DNA from: Parvibaculum sp.
Lineage (GTDB): Bacteria; Pseudomonadota; Alphaproteobacteria; Parvibaculales; Parvibaculaceae
Assembly (NCBI GenBank): GCA_002695905.1
Contig: NZQM01000204.1
Location: 830 to 64,829 of the forward strand
Length of the DNA stretch: 64,000 nucleotides
Direction of reading: 5' to 3'
A model generated the notes under the pieces. The model was not told the origin of the DNA, searched no databases, and saw only the letters and a list, made by a program, of their open reading frames with translations. The position numbers and the translations under genes are program-made. This document shows positions 35,974 to 45,691 of this stretch, one piece after another (position 1 is the first letter of the stretch; each line of letters starts with the position of its first letter).

Positions 35974-37398
35974 TCAATCCCCTGCGCCAGACGGCACATC
36001 ATCGTCACTGTGAAGAGCAAGAAGCCCATCCACAATCAACCCCATTCGCGACCCAAGCGACCCTTTGACCATCACTACATCACCGTCCCCCAACTGTGAC
36101 GCAAGCTGTTCAAGCAACGCTTCAGACCCCTCCGCATATCCCGCCTTGCATGCTGCAGGCAGGTCTTCATACAAATTCTTCATCAAGGGCCCACAAGCAT
36201 AGACCTGATCAATACCGGCATCCGCGAGCGGCCCCGCAAGCCCCTGGTGCATGAGCGCTTCATCTTCTCCGAGCTCAAGCATGTCGCCCAGAACCGCGAC
36301 GCGCCGCCCAGCCCCCTCAACTTCAGCGGCGCCAAGAGTTGCAATCGCAGCCCTCATGGAAGCTGGGTTGGCGTTGTAACTTTCATCGACAACCACAAAT
36401 TGTCGGTCACCGTCATGAACAATATGGCGTTCGCCCCTGCCCTTAGGCGCATTAAGCGTCGCCAATGTCATGCCCGCGAGTGCCAGATCTGCACCCAGCG
36501 CATGCACAGCGGCAAGAATGGCGAGCGAATTCATGACGTGATGTTTGCCGGGGATGCCAAGTTTGTAGGTGATAGCCTGACCGCAGATGGATGCGGAGAT
36601 GCAGGAACAAGAAGGATGCAAAGCAACCCTCTCCAACCGGGCATCTGCCTTGTCCGACGCCCCGAAAGAAATGACATTGCCCGCTCCGGCGGCCTGAGCC
36701 CTCAAACGAAGCCGGTCAAAATGTGAATTGTCCGCATTCAGGATTGCCGTACCATCAGGCTTCAATCCATCGAAGATTTCAGCCTTCGCATCAGCAATCC
36801 CTTCGACATTCTCGAAATTGGCGAGATGTACAGGCTCGACTGTCGTGATAATGGCCACGTCAGGCTGAACCATCTGACTCAAAGGCGTGATCTCATTTGC
36901 GTGGTTCATCCCGATCTCAAAGACGCCCCACTCGGTATCAGCGGGCATCCGAGCAAGTGTCAGCGGCACGCCCCAGTGATTATTATAGGAGGCAACCGAC
37001 CCGTGGGTCCGTCCTTGTGCCTCAAGGATCGTTCGCAACGCATCTTTTGTGCTGGTCTTGCCAACACTTCCCGTCACCGCAACAATTTTTGCATCTGTTC
37101 GCGCGCGCGCAGCATGGCCGAGCGCCTGCAATCCGCTCAGTGTGTCTTCGACGACAAGAAGGCCTTCATCGGACACACCGTCGCAAGGACCCGATACCAT
37201 GGCCGCCGCCGCACCTTTGGCCAAAGCGTCCTTCACATGTTTATGGCCGTCGGAATTGTCGCCGATCAGGGCAACAAACAGATCACCCAAATCAAGGCTC
37301 CGCGTATCGATGGACACACCAACCGCGGACCAGTCGCTTTTGACGTCGCCGTCAGTGGCAAGGGCGGCCTCCGTCGATGTCCAAAGAGCTTTACTCAT
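35974..37398 (-). CDS. murF: UDP-MurNAc-tripeptide--D-Ala-D-Ala ligase
   Basis: Mur ligase P-loop GSVGKTSTK and gene order. Confidence 0.92.
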   Translation of the reverse strand: MSKALWTSTEAALATDGDVKSDWSAVGVSIDTRSLDLGDLFVALIGDNSDGHKHVKDALAKGAAAAMVSGPCDGVSDEGLLVVEDTLSGLQALGHAARARTDAKIVAVTGSVGKTSTKDALRTILEAQGRTHGSVASYNNHWGVPLTLARMPADTEWGVFEIGMNHANEITPLSQMVQPDVAIITTVEPVHLANFENVEGIADAKAEIFDGLKPDGTAILNADNSHFDRLRLRAQAAGAGNVISFGASDKADARLERVALHPSCSCISASICGQAITYKLGIPGKHHVMNSLAILAAVHALGADLALAGMTLATLNAPKGRGERHIVHDGDRQFVVVDESYNANPASMRAAIATLGAAEVEGAGRRVAVLGDMLELGEDEALMHQGLAGPLADAGIDQVYACGPLMKNLYEDLPAACKAGYAEGSEALLEQLASQLGDGDVVMVKGSLGSRMGLIVDGLLALHSDDDVPSGAGD

Positions 37399-38852
37399 GC
37401 ACTCATATCCCCGGCGCTCACCGCCGCTGCAACTGCCTCATGGTCAGAGAAGGGCAGCACCTCGCTCCCGATAATCTGACCTGTCTCATGTCCTTTGCCC
37501 GCAACCACCAGGCAATCTCCCGCTTCAAGAAGAGCCACCGCCTCTGAGATTGCGAGAGCCCGGTCACCGATCTCCCGCAGCTCGGAAGCACCAGCAAGAA
37601 CTTGCCCACGGATAACTGCCGCATCTTCCGATCGGGGGTTGTCATCCGTCACAATGGTGATATCAGCCGATTGCGACGCAATTTTGCCCATTTGAGGGCG
37701 CTTGCCTTTGTCCCGATCACCACCGCACCCAAACACAACAACAAGCTTTCCGCTCACATGCGGGCGCACAGCCTCAAGTGCCGTCTCCAGAGCATCCGGG
37801 GTATGAGCATAATCGATAAAGATCGTCGCCCCATTGGCAAGATGTGCAACCTCTTCTAAGCGCCCTTTTGCCCCTTTGAGATTTTCCAAGGCGCGGAATG
37901 TCTGTTCAGCATCGCCGCCGCAGCCAATCACCAGGCCAGCAGCGACAAGCGCATTGGATGCCTGAAACTGACCCACAAGCGGCAGCATAATTTCATAGTG
38001 GGCGCCATCATGAACAATCTGGAGAACCTGACCTCTCGGTCCCGGCTGCAAACCAGCAAGACAAATGTCCCGCCCCTTGCGCCCCACAGCAACGATCTGA
38101 TGCCCTCGCGCCCAGGAAATCGCTTCAAACTCCTGTGCAAAATCAGCATCGACATTGATTACCGCAACGCCGCCTGGCCCCATGACTTCGCCGAACAAGC
38201 GCAGCTTGGCATAGAGATAGTCATCAAAATTTGCGTGATAATCGAGATGGTCTCGCGTGAGATTGGTAAATGCACTGGCGCTCACCCGAACACCATCCAG
38301 ACGATATTGTGCCAATCCGTGGCTGGACGCTTCCAGTGCCAGATGCGTGACCCGTTCTTCAGAAAGCTGCGCAAGCTCAGAATGCAGCCGCACTGGATCC
38401 GGCGTCGTATGCGCCAAAGGCCGAACACCTTCAGGCCCAACAACACCAACGGTACCCAGACTTGCCGACCTTAAGCCCAGAGACGCCCAGATTTCACGAA
38501 CGAAAGTGGCGACCGACGTCTTGCCGTTGGTGCCCGTCACCGCGGCAACCGTGTCCGGCTGCGCCCCATAAAACTGAGCAGCCAGGGCAGACAAACGACG
38601 CCGCGGATTGCGATCAGCGATCACCGGCACCTTTGTGTCAGACACAACATCCGGCCCGCCAAGGATCGCCACCGCCCCCGCTTTAACTGCCGCAGGAATA
38701 AATTTCGCACCATCTGCTTGAACACCAGGAAGCGCCGCAAAAAGATAGCCCGGCTTTACCGCACGACTGTCTGCAGTAAGTCCGGCAATATTGATCGCCC
38801 CGACATTGGGGGGAAGCACTTCCTTTGGGCCAACAAGCGCTTGAAGCTCCAT
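37395..38852 (-). CDS. murE: UDP-MurNAc-L-Ala-D-Glu--meso-diaminopimelate ligase
   Basis: GTNGKTS P-loop and the DNPR motif (TDDNPRSED), which indicates meso-DAP specificity. I chose the ATG at 38852, 4 nt after the ftsI stop. The 58-codon upstream extension of the listed ORF overlaps ftsI. Confidence 0.92.
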   Translation of the reverse strand: MELQALVGPKEVLPPNVGAINIAGLTADSRAVKPGYLFAALPGVQADGAKFIPAAVKAGAVAILGGPDVVSDTKVPVIADRNPRRRLSALAAQFYGAQPDTVAAVTGTNGKTSVATFVREIWASLGLRSASLGTVGVVGPEGVRPLAHTTPDPVRLHSELAQLSEERVTHLALEASSHGLAQYRLDGVRVSASAFTNLTRDHLDYHANFDDYLYAKLRLFGEVMGPGGVAVINVDADFAQEFEAISWARGHQIVAVGRKGRDICLAGLQPGPRGQVLQIVHDGAHYEIMLPLVGQFQASNALVAAGLVIGCGGDAEQTFRALENLKGAKGRLEEVAHLANGATIFIDYAHTPDALETALEAVRPHVSGKLVVVFGCGGDRDKGKRPQMGKIASQSADITIVTDDNPRSEDAAVIRGQVLAGASELREIGDRALAISEAVALLEAGDCLVVAGKGHETGQIIGSEVLPFSDHEAVAAAVSAGDMSA

Positions 38853-38856
38853 GGCA

Positions 38857-40587
38857 CTACTCCGCCGTCGCAAAGGAAGCGGATTGAACCGGGGAACTCC
38901 AGGACTGGACCGGGCGGAGCCCCAAGATGGGCGCAATGCGCTGAACAACGCGCGATGTGACCGGTGCAGCATTCCACCCGGCGGTTGCAAATCCATAGGT
39001 GTTTTCAGTAGCCTGCGGCTCATCAAACATGATCAGCATGGCATATTTCGGATCGTTAGCTGGAAAGGCGCTGAGAAAGGAAGTGAGAAGCGCATTACGT
39101 GCGTACCCCCCTGCCCGGGCTTTTTCCGCCGTGCCGGTTTTCCCCATCACAGGATAACCAACAACATCCGCACTACGCCCGGTGCCTCGCTCAACAACCA
39201 GCCGGTATAAGGCGCGCATGGCATCACTCGTTTCAGTCGTGAGCACCCGCGTCCGAGGCGATGCGCTGTCCCGGCGAAGGAAAGTCGGCTGCACGGCAAA
39301 TCCTCCATTGACCAACGTCGCATTGGCAGCCACCACCTGGAGTGGTGTCACTGACAATCCGTGACCATAGGAAATAGTCATTGCGGACACGTCTGTCCAA
39401 GTGCGGGGCAGAAGCGGACGTCCCGACTCCGGAAGCTCAATATCCGTCCGCGTCAACAATCCTAATTGGCCGAGGAAGCTGCGATGTTCTTCACGGCCAA
39501 GCTCCAGCACCATCTTGGCAGTACCGATATTAGAGGAATGCATAAAGAGCTCAGGCACCGTCAGAAAGCGCTTCTGAGCGTGATAGTCATTGATCGTAAA
39601 ACGGGAAACACGAATAGGCTCGCGGGCATCATATACGGTCGACAGTTGAACACGACCCGAATTGAGAGCTGCGGCAACACTGAAGGCCTTAAAGGTTGAG
39701 CCCATTTCATAGACACCAAGCGTCGCCGTATTAAATTGCGCGCGGTCAGATGCCGATCCAGGGTCGTTCGCATCAAAGTCGGGCAAAGAGGCCATCGCAA
39801 TGACCTCGCCCGTATCAATATCCAGAACCACACCCGTTGCACCGATTGCGCTGAACTCATCCAGCGCAATCTGCAATTGCGCTTGCAGCGCATGTTGAAC
39901 ACGCAGGTCCAGAGAAAGCACCAGAGGTTCACCGCTGGCTGCACCGGATCGGTCTATGTAATGTTCGATCCCAGCAATGCCCTGATTGTCGATATCAACA
40001 CCACCCAGTACATGCGCAGCAACCCGGCCATTAGGATAAACCCGCTTCTGCTCACGCTGAAAAGCGAGGCCTGGCTGACCAAGATTATGAACTGCGACCT
40101 GTTCGCGCGGCGTCAAGTCACGCTTCAACCAAACAAACGCTTTATCGCTTGAGAGCTTCTCTTCAAGCGAGTTTTGATCCAACTCTGGTAGGGCTTGCGC
40201 CAAAAGGCGCGCTGTCTCTTGAGCATTCATCACCTTGCGTGCATCTGCATACAAGGACGCGGTGATGATGTCCGTTGCCATCACCTCACCATTGCGGTCA
40301 ACGATGTCACGCCGTTGTTCCGGACCAACATTATCAACAGCAGCAATAGACCGGTCCCCACCACCGCCGGGCGCCAGACCGAGGATAACCAATCTCCCAG
40401 TCACGACCGCAAAGGCCATCGCAAACATGGCGACCGTCAACATGATCCGACGACGACCACTGTCGAGGCGGGTCACTTCTGGTGTTTTCTTGTCGCGCGG
40501 TGCGGCAAATCTCGGGCGCGCGATCAAGTCGTGCCCAAGCCTGGGGGAGACATTGTCGGCTTCACCCTGTTTGGAACGGCGTACCAT
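38857..40587 (-). CDS. ftsI: Division-specific transpeptidase PBP3
   Basis: STFK, SSN and KTGT motifs with an N-terminal TM anchor. Confidence 0.93.
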   Translation of the reverse strand: MVRRSKQGEADNVSPRLGHDLIARPRFAAPRDKKTPEVTRLDSGRRRIMLTVAMFAMAFAVVTGRLVILGLAPGGGGDRSIAAVDNVGPEQRRDIVDRNGEVMATDIITASLYADARKVMNAQETARLLAQALPELDQNSLEEKLSSDKAFVWLKRDLTPREQVAVHNLGQPGLAFQREQKRVYPNGRVAAHVLGGVDIDNQGIAGIEHYIDRSGAASGEPLVLSLDLRVQHALQAQLQIALDEFSAIGATGVVLDIDTGEVIAMASLPDFDANDPGSASDRAQFNTATLGVYEMGSTFKAFSVAAALNSGRVQLSTVYDAREPIRVSRFTINDYHAQKRFLTVPELFMHSSNIGTAKMVLELGREEHRSFLGQLGLLTRTDIELPESGRPLLPRTWTDVSAMTISYGHGLSVTPLQVVAANATLVNGGFAVQPTFLRRDSASPRTRVLTTETSDAMRALYRLVVERGTGRSADVVGYPVMGKTGTAEKARAGGYARNALLTSFLSAFPANDPKYAMLIMFDEPQATENTYGFATAGWNAAPVTSRVVQRIAPILGLRPVQSWSSPVQSASFATAE

Positions 40588-40952
40588 CAGCGCACCTCAG
40601 AACCAGATTGCGGAGCGGCCCCGGCATACCCGCCAAGCGCGCGGCGCCCATTAGGGCCAAATAGATCTTCATCACGCGGGGGCATTGGCAGATCCTCAAA
40701 CGTTGCAATCTGCGCAGCCGTAAGGGGCGCCAGGTCCAAATGACGGTCAGCCAAAGACTGCAGGCGCTCAGGCTGTGTCAGATAGCTCCATTCCGCCCGC
40801 AAAATACGTACTGCGTCTTGTTCATTCAGAATTTTCTGAGCAAGCGCTGCTTTGATCCGCTCCTGCTCTTCGACTTTGTATTTCAGGTTGTAGAGGCCAA
40901 TAGATACCGCCACCACAAGCACAACAGAGAAGACATTGAGTAGACGGATCAT
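40587..40952 (-). CDS. ftsL: FtsL-like bitopic cell-division protein
   Basis: 121 aa with an N-terminal TM helix followed by a coiled-coil. The position between rsmH and ftsI supports the call. Confidence 0.7.
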   Translation of the reverse strand: MIRLLNVFSVVLVVAVSIGLYNLKYKVEEQERIKAALAQKILNEQDAVRILRAEWSYLTQPERLQSLADRHLDLAPLTAAQIATFEDLPMPPRDEDLFGPNGRRALGGYAGAAPQSGSEVR

Positions 40953-41980
40953 AGGAGATCTCCCTGCAAGGCAGCGAAACGCTTTATCCCCAAAGCGTCT
41001 GGGTCAAAAGGGAATGACGGCGCGTCGGTTCGCTCAGCCCCCCGCAATCGGGCAGAGCGCGACCGGGGATTAATCTCAATCTCAGATTTGCTTGCCTTCG
41101 AAGCGCCACGGGTGATTGCCTCAAATGACGGCGCTCGACCATCTTGCGCTTCGGGCATATGGCGCGATGGCCGCCCGCCTTTGCCTGTCCGCTCTGTCAG
41201 GAACCGCTTCACCAACCGGTCTTCGAGCGAATGAAACGCAACGACAGCCAAACGCCCACCAGCGTCCAGCAAACCTTCTGCAGCGACGAGCCCACGGGCG
41301 AGCTCCCCCATCTCATCATTGATAAATATGCGAAGCCCCTGAAACGTCCGTGTCGCCGGATGCACTTTGTCAGCGCGCGCGCGAGGCCCCATCACATCAG
41401 CGATCAGCTCCGCCAGCTCTGCAGTTGTCTCGAACTTCTTCTCAAGCCGCCGCTGGACAATCGCCTTTGCAACAGCCCGCGACCGCTTCTCTTCGCCATA
41501 GATCCAGATGATGGAGGCAATATCAGCTTCTTCGAACTCATTGACAATATCAGCGGCAGAAACCCCTTCCCGCGCCATGCGCATATCAAGAGGTCCTTCG
41601 CTCTGAAAAGAAAATCCACGCTCCGCCTGATCAAGCTGCATGGAGGAGACACCAACGTCGAGAGTCACACCATCCACACCACTCAAGGCGCGCTCATCAA
41701 GTACGGGCGCCACGAGCGTCGCCATATCGCCAAAACAGCCCTGAAGCAGCGTCAGACGACCCTCAAATTCCCGCTCCATTTCGCGCCCGCGATCAATCGC
41801 CGTGGGATCACGGTCAACCGCTAGAACAGAGCAGTCTGCCGCCGCCAGCAGCGCGCGCGTATAGCCACCAGCACCAAATGTTCCATCTACGTAAAGAGCA
41901 CCATCTTTGGGCGCGAGCACATCCAGCACTTCAGCCAGCATCACCGGAAAATGGGGGGAGACTGCCGGTGCCTGTGTCAC
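40949..41980 (-). CDS. rsmH: 16S rRNA (cytosine1402-N4)-methyltransferase
   Basis: HFPVMLAEVL, DGTFGAGGYT and DLGVSSMQLD-type motifs. GTG start overlaps the mraZ stop (GTGA). Confidence 0.95.
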   Translation of the reverse strand: MTQAPAVSPHFPVMLAEVLDVLAPKDGALYVDGTFGAGGYTRALLAAADCSVLAVDRDPTAIDRGREMEREFEGRLTLLQGCFGDMATLVAPVLDERALSGVDGVTLDVGVSSMQLDQAERGFSFQSEGPLDMRMAREGVSAADIVNEFEEADIASIIWIYGEEKRSRAVAKAIVQRRLEKKFETTAELAELIADVMGPRARADKVHPATRTFQGLRIFINDEMGELARGLVAAEGLLDAGGRLAVVAFHSLEDRLVKRFLTERTGKGGRPSRHMPEAQDGRAPSFEAITRGASKASKSEIEINPRSRSARLRGAERTDAPSFPFDPDALGIKRFAALQGDLL

Positions 41981-42465
41981 GAACCGCCCCCTGTCGCAGA
42001 CGGAGATCCGGGCGGAGCATGAGGACTTTTTAGCAACCCGCCATGGCCACTTGCTTCAGCCATCGCTTCCGCAAGATAGGCCTCATACGCCTTGGGTTCC
42101 CAAAGCTGGAATTTGTTGCCGAGCCCAACAAAGGTCACGTGATCAATGATCCCAGCTTTTGAGGTCAGCATCTCAGGCAGGCTCACCCGACCATCCGCAT
42201 CAAACATCAATTCCGCAGATTGAGCTTTGAGCATGTTTGCCAGCACGTTGCGCTCGCGGGAAAAGGGATCAAGGCGGCTCAACATCGTGTCGATCTCCGC
42301 CTCAAGATCGGGGCCCCCACCTTCTATGCAGGGATCGATAAGGGAGGGAAAACAGATGATGCCGGGAAATTCCTGGGCAGCCGTCACCGACCGGAACTTA
42401 GCCGGCACAGAGATGCGCCCTTTCGCATCGATCTTGTTTGTGAATGTTCCCCGGAACGACAACAT
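41977..42465 (-). CDS. mraZ: Transcriptional regulator MraZ
   Basis: Duplicated SpoVT/AbrB-type motifs DAKGRISVP and DADGRVSLP. The first ATG is at 42465; the ORF opens at GTG 42492. Confidence 0.9.
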   Translation of the reverse strand: MLSFRGTFTNKIDAKGRISVPAKFRSVTAAQEFPGIICFPSLIDPCIEGGGPDLEAEIDTMLSRLDPFSRERNVLANMLKAQSAELMFDADGRVSLPEMLTSKAGIIDHVTFVGLGNKFQLWEPKAYEAYLAEAMAEASGHGGLLKSPHAPPGSPSATGGGS

Positions 42466-42584
42466 GTCCCGCAAGCCCCCCGTACCCGACACAATTGAAT
42501 GCGACCACCTGATCGAATTCAGTCCCGTGAAAGAGGTCCGACCCTCCCAACATGGGCCGCATCTGGGTCGGCCTGCCTCTATCC

Positions 42585-42630
42585 CGGGACACTATGGGAT
42601 ACCATGGGATAATATGGGGGTCAACGGGAT
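42585..42630. promoter_or_regulatory. Five direct YGGG(A/G) boxes at exact 10-bp spacing (candidate MraZ operator core)
   Basis: The + strand reads atcCCGGGAc actATGGGAt accATGGGAt aatATGGGGg tcaACGGGAt. Cores start at 42585, 42595, 42605, 42615 and 42625, which is 120-165 bp upstream of the mraZ ATG. Confidence 0.5.
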
Positions 42631-42794
42631 TAACCAGTTAAACCTTGGGTTTGAGCGGGCTTTTGACTGTTCGCAAGGAACCAATACTCACACTTCTATT
42701 TCAGAACAAAGAAGGAACATTTGCTTAAACTTGCAACACCAACACGACATCTTGAGTGCCAGACCAGGCACCTACCACTGATAGCGCTGAGGAG

Positions 42795-43188
<394 letters not shown>

Positions 43189-43296
43189 CTAGGAATACGC
43201 CGACATAGAGCACTTGTCGAGAAATGAGACCTCAGATGTCCGTTTTGGTAAAATACATCTCTCATGGTAAATTCCATAGTGTATAGGGGGAAGGCA

Positions 43297-43947
43297 ATGA
43301 AATCTGGCGCCAGACACAAAGTTCTACAACTCTGCCTTCTCTCGCTTGTCATCATTATGGTAGGTGCAAATTCACCCGCGATAGCAGACACAAAGCGCGA
43401 GCTTGCTGAATGCGCCGCGAAAGAAAGCTCTGCTGAGCGTTTGGTTTGCTACGACGATTTGGCCCAAAGCTTAGGCGTCGACAAACCGACAACCCAAACA
43501 TCAACTCATGGACAATGGAGGGTGCGGACTGAAGTCTCACCTATAGACGATTCTCAAAACGTCTATATTTCGCTTTCAGCAGAAACACCGTTTAAAGGCT
43601 GGCTAAAAAGCGAGTTCGGCACCCTAATGCTTCGATGCAAGGAAAACCGCACTTCAGCCTTTGTTGTGACTGGAATGGCAGCGCAATCTGGCTATCGTCG
43701 CCACGACCAGTCCGAGACCACTATTCGGTACGACCGCGATAACGCCATCAAAATCTGGATGAATGAGAGCACAGACAACACTGCACTTTTCTTTCCGAAT
43801 CCAATTTCTGAAATCAAGCGAATGATGCAACACGAAACGATGTTGTTTCAATTTCTACCATTCAACTCAAGCTCTAGCATGACCACTTTTGTTATCGCTG
43901 GATTGAGCGAAGCCATAGTCCCCCTGCGAGAAGCGTGTAGCTGGTAA
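43297..43947 (+). CDS. Secreted hypothetical protein, VasI/TagO-like (tentative)
   Basis: ATG at 43297 preceded by GGGGGAAGG. Signal peptide ends ...SPAIA|D. It carries the motif ECAAKESSAERLVCYDDL, a beta-rich body and a C-terminal REACSW. The family call is from memory only. Confidence 0.6.
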   Translation: MKSGARHKVLQLCLLSLVIIMVGANSPAIADTKRELAECAAKESSAERLVCYDDLAQSLGVDKPTTQTSTHGQWRVRTEVSPIDDSQNVYISLSAETPFKGWLKSEFGTLMLRCKENRTSAFVVTGMAAQSGYRRHDQSETTIRYDRDNAIKIWMNESTDNTALFFPNPISEIKRMMQHETMLFQFLPFNSSSSMTTFVIAGLSEAIVPLREACSW

Positions 43948-43966
43948 CAGACAGAATGCTCGCACT

Positions 43967-44701
43967 CTACCGCGCGTCCCGCAAAAGACGCAGTGTGCCG
44001 ACGGTCGACAGGTCCGCAGCCCCATCCACCTGAACCGGGCGAAAGTGCCGCTGAAACGCCGTGACAATGTCCGCTGTTACAACACCGAACCACCCATCAA
44101 CGGCAATGCCATAACCATAATCCGCCAGCTGAAACTGAAGTTCGGCTACTTGGTCCCCTCTGTCTCCCAGGCTCAGAACTGGGCCGTCTATCGGTTCTAC
44201 TGGCGACACCCAATGCCCCACACCAGCGTCGGAGAGCAGACCCCAGGGAAACTTCTCGCCAGGATCCGACTTGCGCCCAGGTGCCACATCGGAATGCGCC
44301 AGCACCCGCGCCGATGCGATCTCGTTCCGCCGTACAATGTCGGCTGCAAGTGCCGTCACAGCATCGATTTGTGCACCAGGAAAATCCGGATACCCAAGCT
44401 CATGACCCGCATTGACAATCTCAATCCCGATCGACCGGCTGTTAATGTCAGCTTCGCCTGCCCAGCTTGCGACCCCCGCGTGCCAGGCGCGCCTCTCCTC
44501 GTCGACCATTGAGATAATGCGTCCATCTTCAAACACCAGATAGTGTGCGCTCACTTGGGCCGCCGGGTCACACAGGCGCTCCAGCGCGCCCTCCCCGGTC
44601 TCCATGCCGGTATAATGCAGGAGCAGCATGTCGGCGGCTCCGCCGATCCGCTCATTGTGGTTGGGTGACGGTTGCACCTGAATTTTATCGAGGATCGACA
44701 T
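43967..44701 (-). CDS. N-acetylmuramoyl-L-alanine amidase (AmpD/amidase_2 type) with a C-terminal peptidoglycan-binding domain
   Basis: PSPNHNER...LLLHYTGM...SAHYLV...RAWHAG...NSRSIGIEIVN...HSDVAPGRKSDPG, followed by a PG_binding_1-like tail (LGDRGDQVAELQFQLADYGY). Confidence 0.85.
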   Translation of the reverse strand: MSILDKIQVQPSPNHNERIGGAADMLLLHYTGMETGEGALERLCDPAAQVSAHYLVFEDGRIISMVDEERRAWHAGVASWAGEADINSRSIGIEIVNAGHELGYPDFPGAQIDAVTALAADIVRRNEIASARVLAHSDVAPGRKSDPGEKFPWGLLSDAGVGHWVSPVEPIDGPVLSLGDRGDQVAELQFQLADYGYGIAVDGWFGVVTADIVTAFQRHFRPVQVDGAADLSTVGTLRLLRDAR

Positions 44702-45566
44702 CTACGAACGGCTCTTCTTTGCGCGCTTGGCGAATATTGACGATCAACACGCCCACAAGGGATACGAGTCCACCAAGTACCATTCTGATGGTCAGCTCAT
44801 CTCCAAGCAATGTCACACCAAAAAAGACTGTGAACAAAGGAGCCAGAAGCGTTAAGGGCGCGGTCTGCGAAACCTCGTAGCGTTGGAGCAAATAGTAGAT
44901 GCCCGCATGCCCCACAAGGCTGGAAGCAAAGGCCACATAGAAAATGCCTGACCAGGCGAGCAGGCTGGCGCTCTCGATGATCTCAAGGTGATTGCTCTCA
45001 AAGGCAAAGGACGCGCCCAGCAGGAAGGGGGCGGCTATCACAGCAACCCAGGCCTGCAATTCAAACACGCCAACATCTTTGATCTGACGCTGGAAGATCG
45101 TCCCGATGGATCCCACAAAGGCGGACGCAGTAACCAGCAAAATGCCGGTCAAAAAGCTGAACACGGCAGGATCAAAGCTCATAATCATCACACCCGCGAA
45201 GGCGAGCGAAATGCCCAGCCAACGCCGCCAGTAAATCTGCTCCTTCAAGAAGAGGACCGACATGACAGCGGAAATGGGAACGCCCAACTGGGTGACAATG
45301 GCAACCACCGAAGCGTCTGCCGCTGCAAGCCCCAGAAAGAAAAAACCAAACCCAAGGGGTCCCGCGCACAGCGAAATGATGATGACATCCCGCATACGGC
45401 CCTTAAGAATCCGCAGGAACGGAAACAGCACGACCACGATCAGCGCAAAGCGAATACCCGCAAACAGGAACGGTGGAAAATGCTCAAGGCTCACCTTCCC
45501 GGCAACCAGAGCAAAGCCCCAGATGAGGTTGATCAAAACCATGAAAGCGGCGTGTTCACGGGTCAT
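44685..45566 (-). CDS. EamA/DMT-family transporter
   Basis: 293 aa with ten predicted TM helices and the duplicated EamA architecture. Confidence 0.85.
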   Translation of the reverse strand: MTREHAAFMVLINLIWGFALVAGKVSLEHFPPFLFAGIRFALIVVVLFPFLRILKGRMRDVIIISLCAGPLGFGFFFLGLAAADASVVAIVTQLGVPISAVMSVLFLKEQIYWRRWLGISLAFAGVMIMSFDPAVFSFLTGILLVTASAFVGSIGTIFQRQIKDVGVFELQAWVAVIAAPFLLGASFAFESNHLEIIESASLLAWSGIFYVAFASSLVGHAGIYYLLQRYEVSQTAPLTLLAPLFTVFFGVTLLGDELTIRMVLGGLVSLVGVLIVNIRQARKEEPFVDVDPR

Positions 45567-45691
45567 CGCGAGGCGACCCGTGTCGATCTAGCAAAGGCGC
45601 CGCAAGACCGTTCTTGCGCTGGTCTGCGGGAAGATCGGCTGGCTCTGGTTTTTTTGATTTTCTTGTCCACCCGATGTTCCATTCTTACGAG

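Noticed and set aside
38853-39026. A 58-codon upstream extension of murE.
   Set aside because: It overlaps the 3' end of ftsI. Conserved MurE sequence starts right after the ATG at 38852, which sits 4 nt past the ftsI stop.
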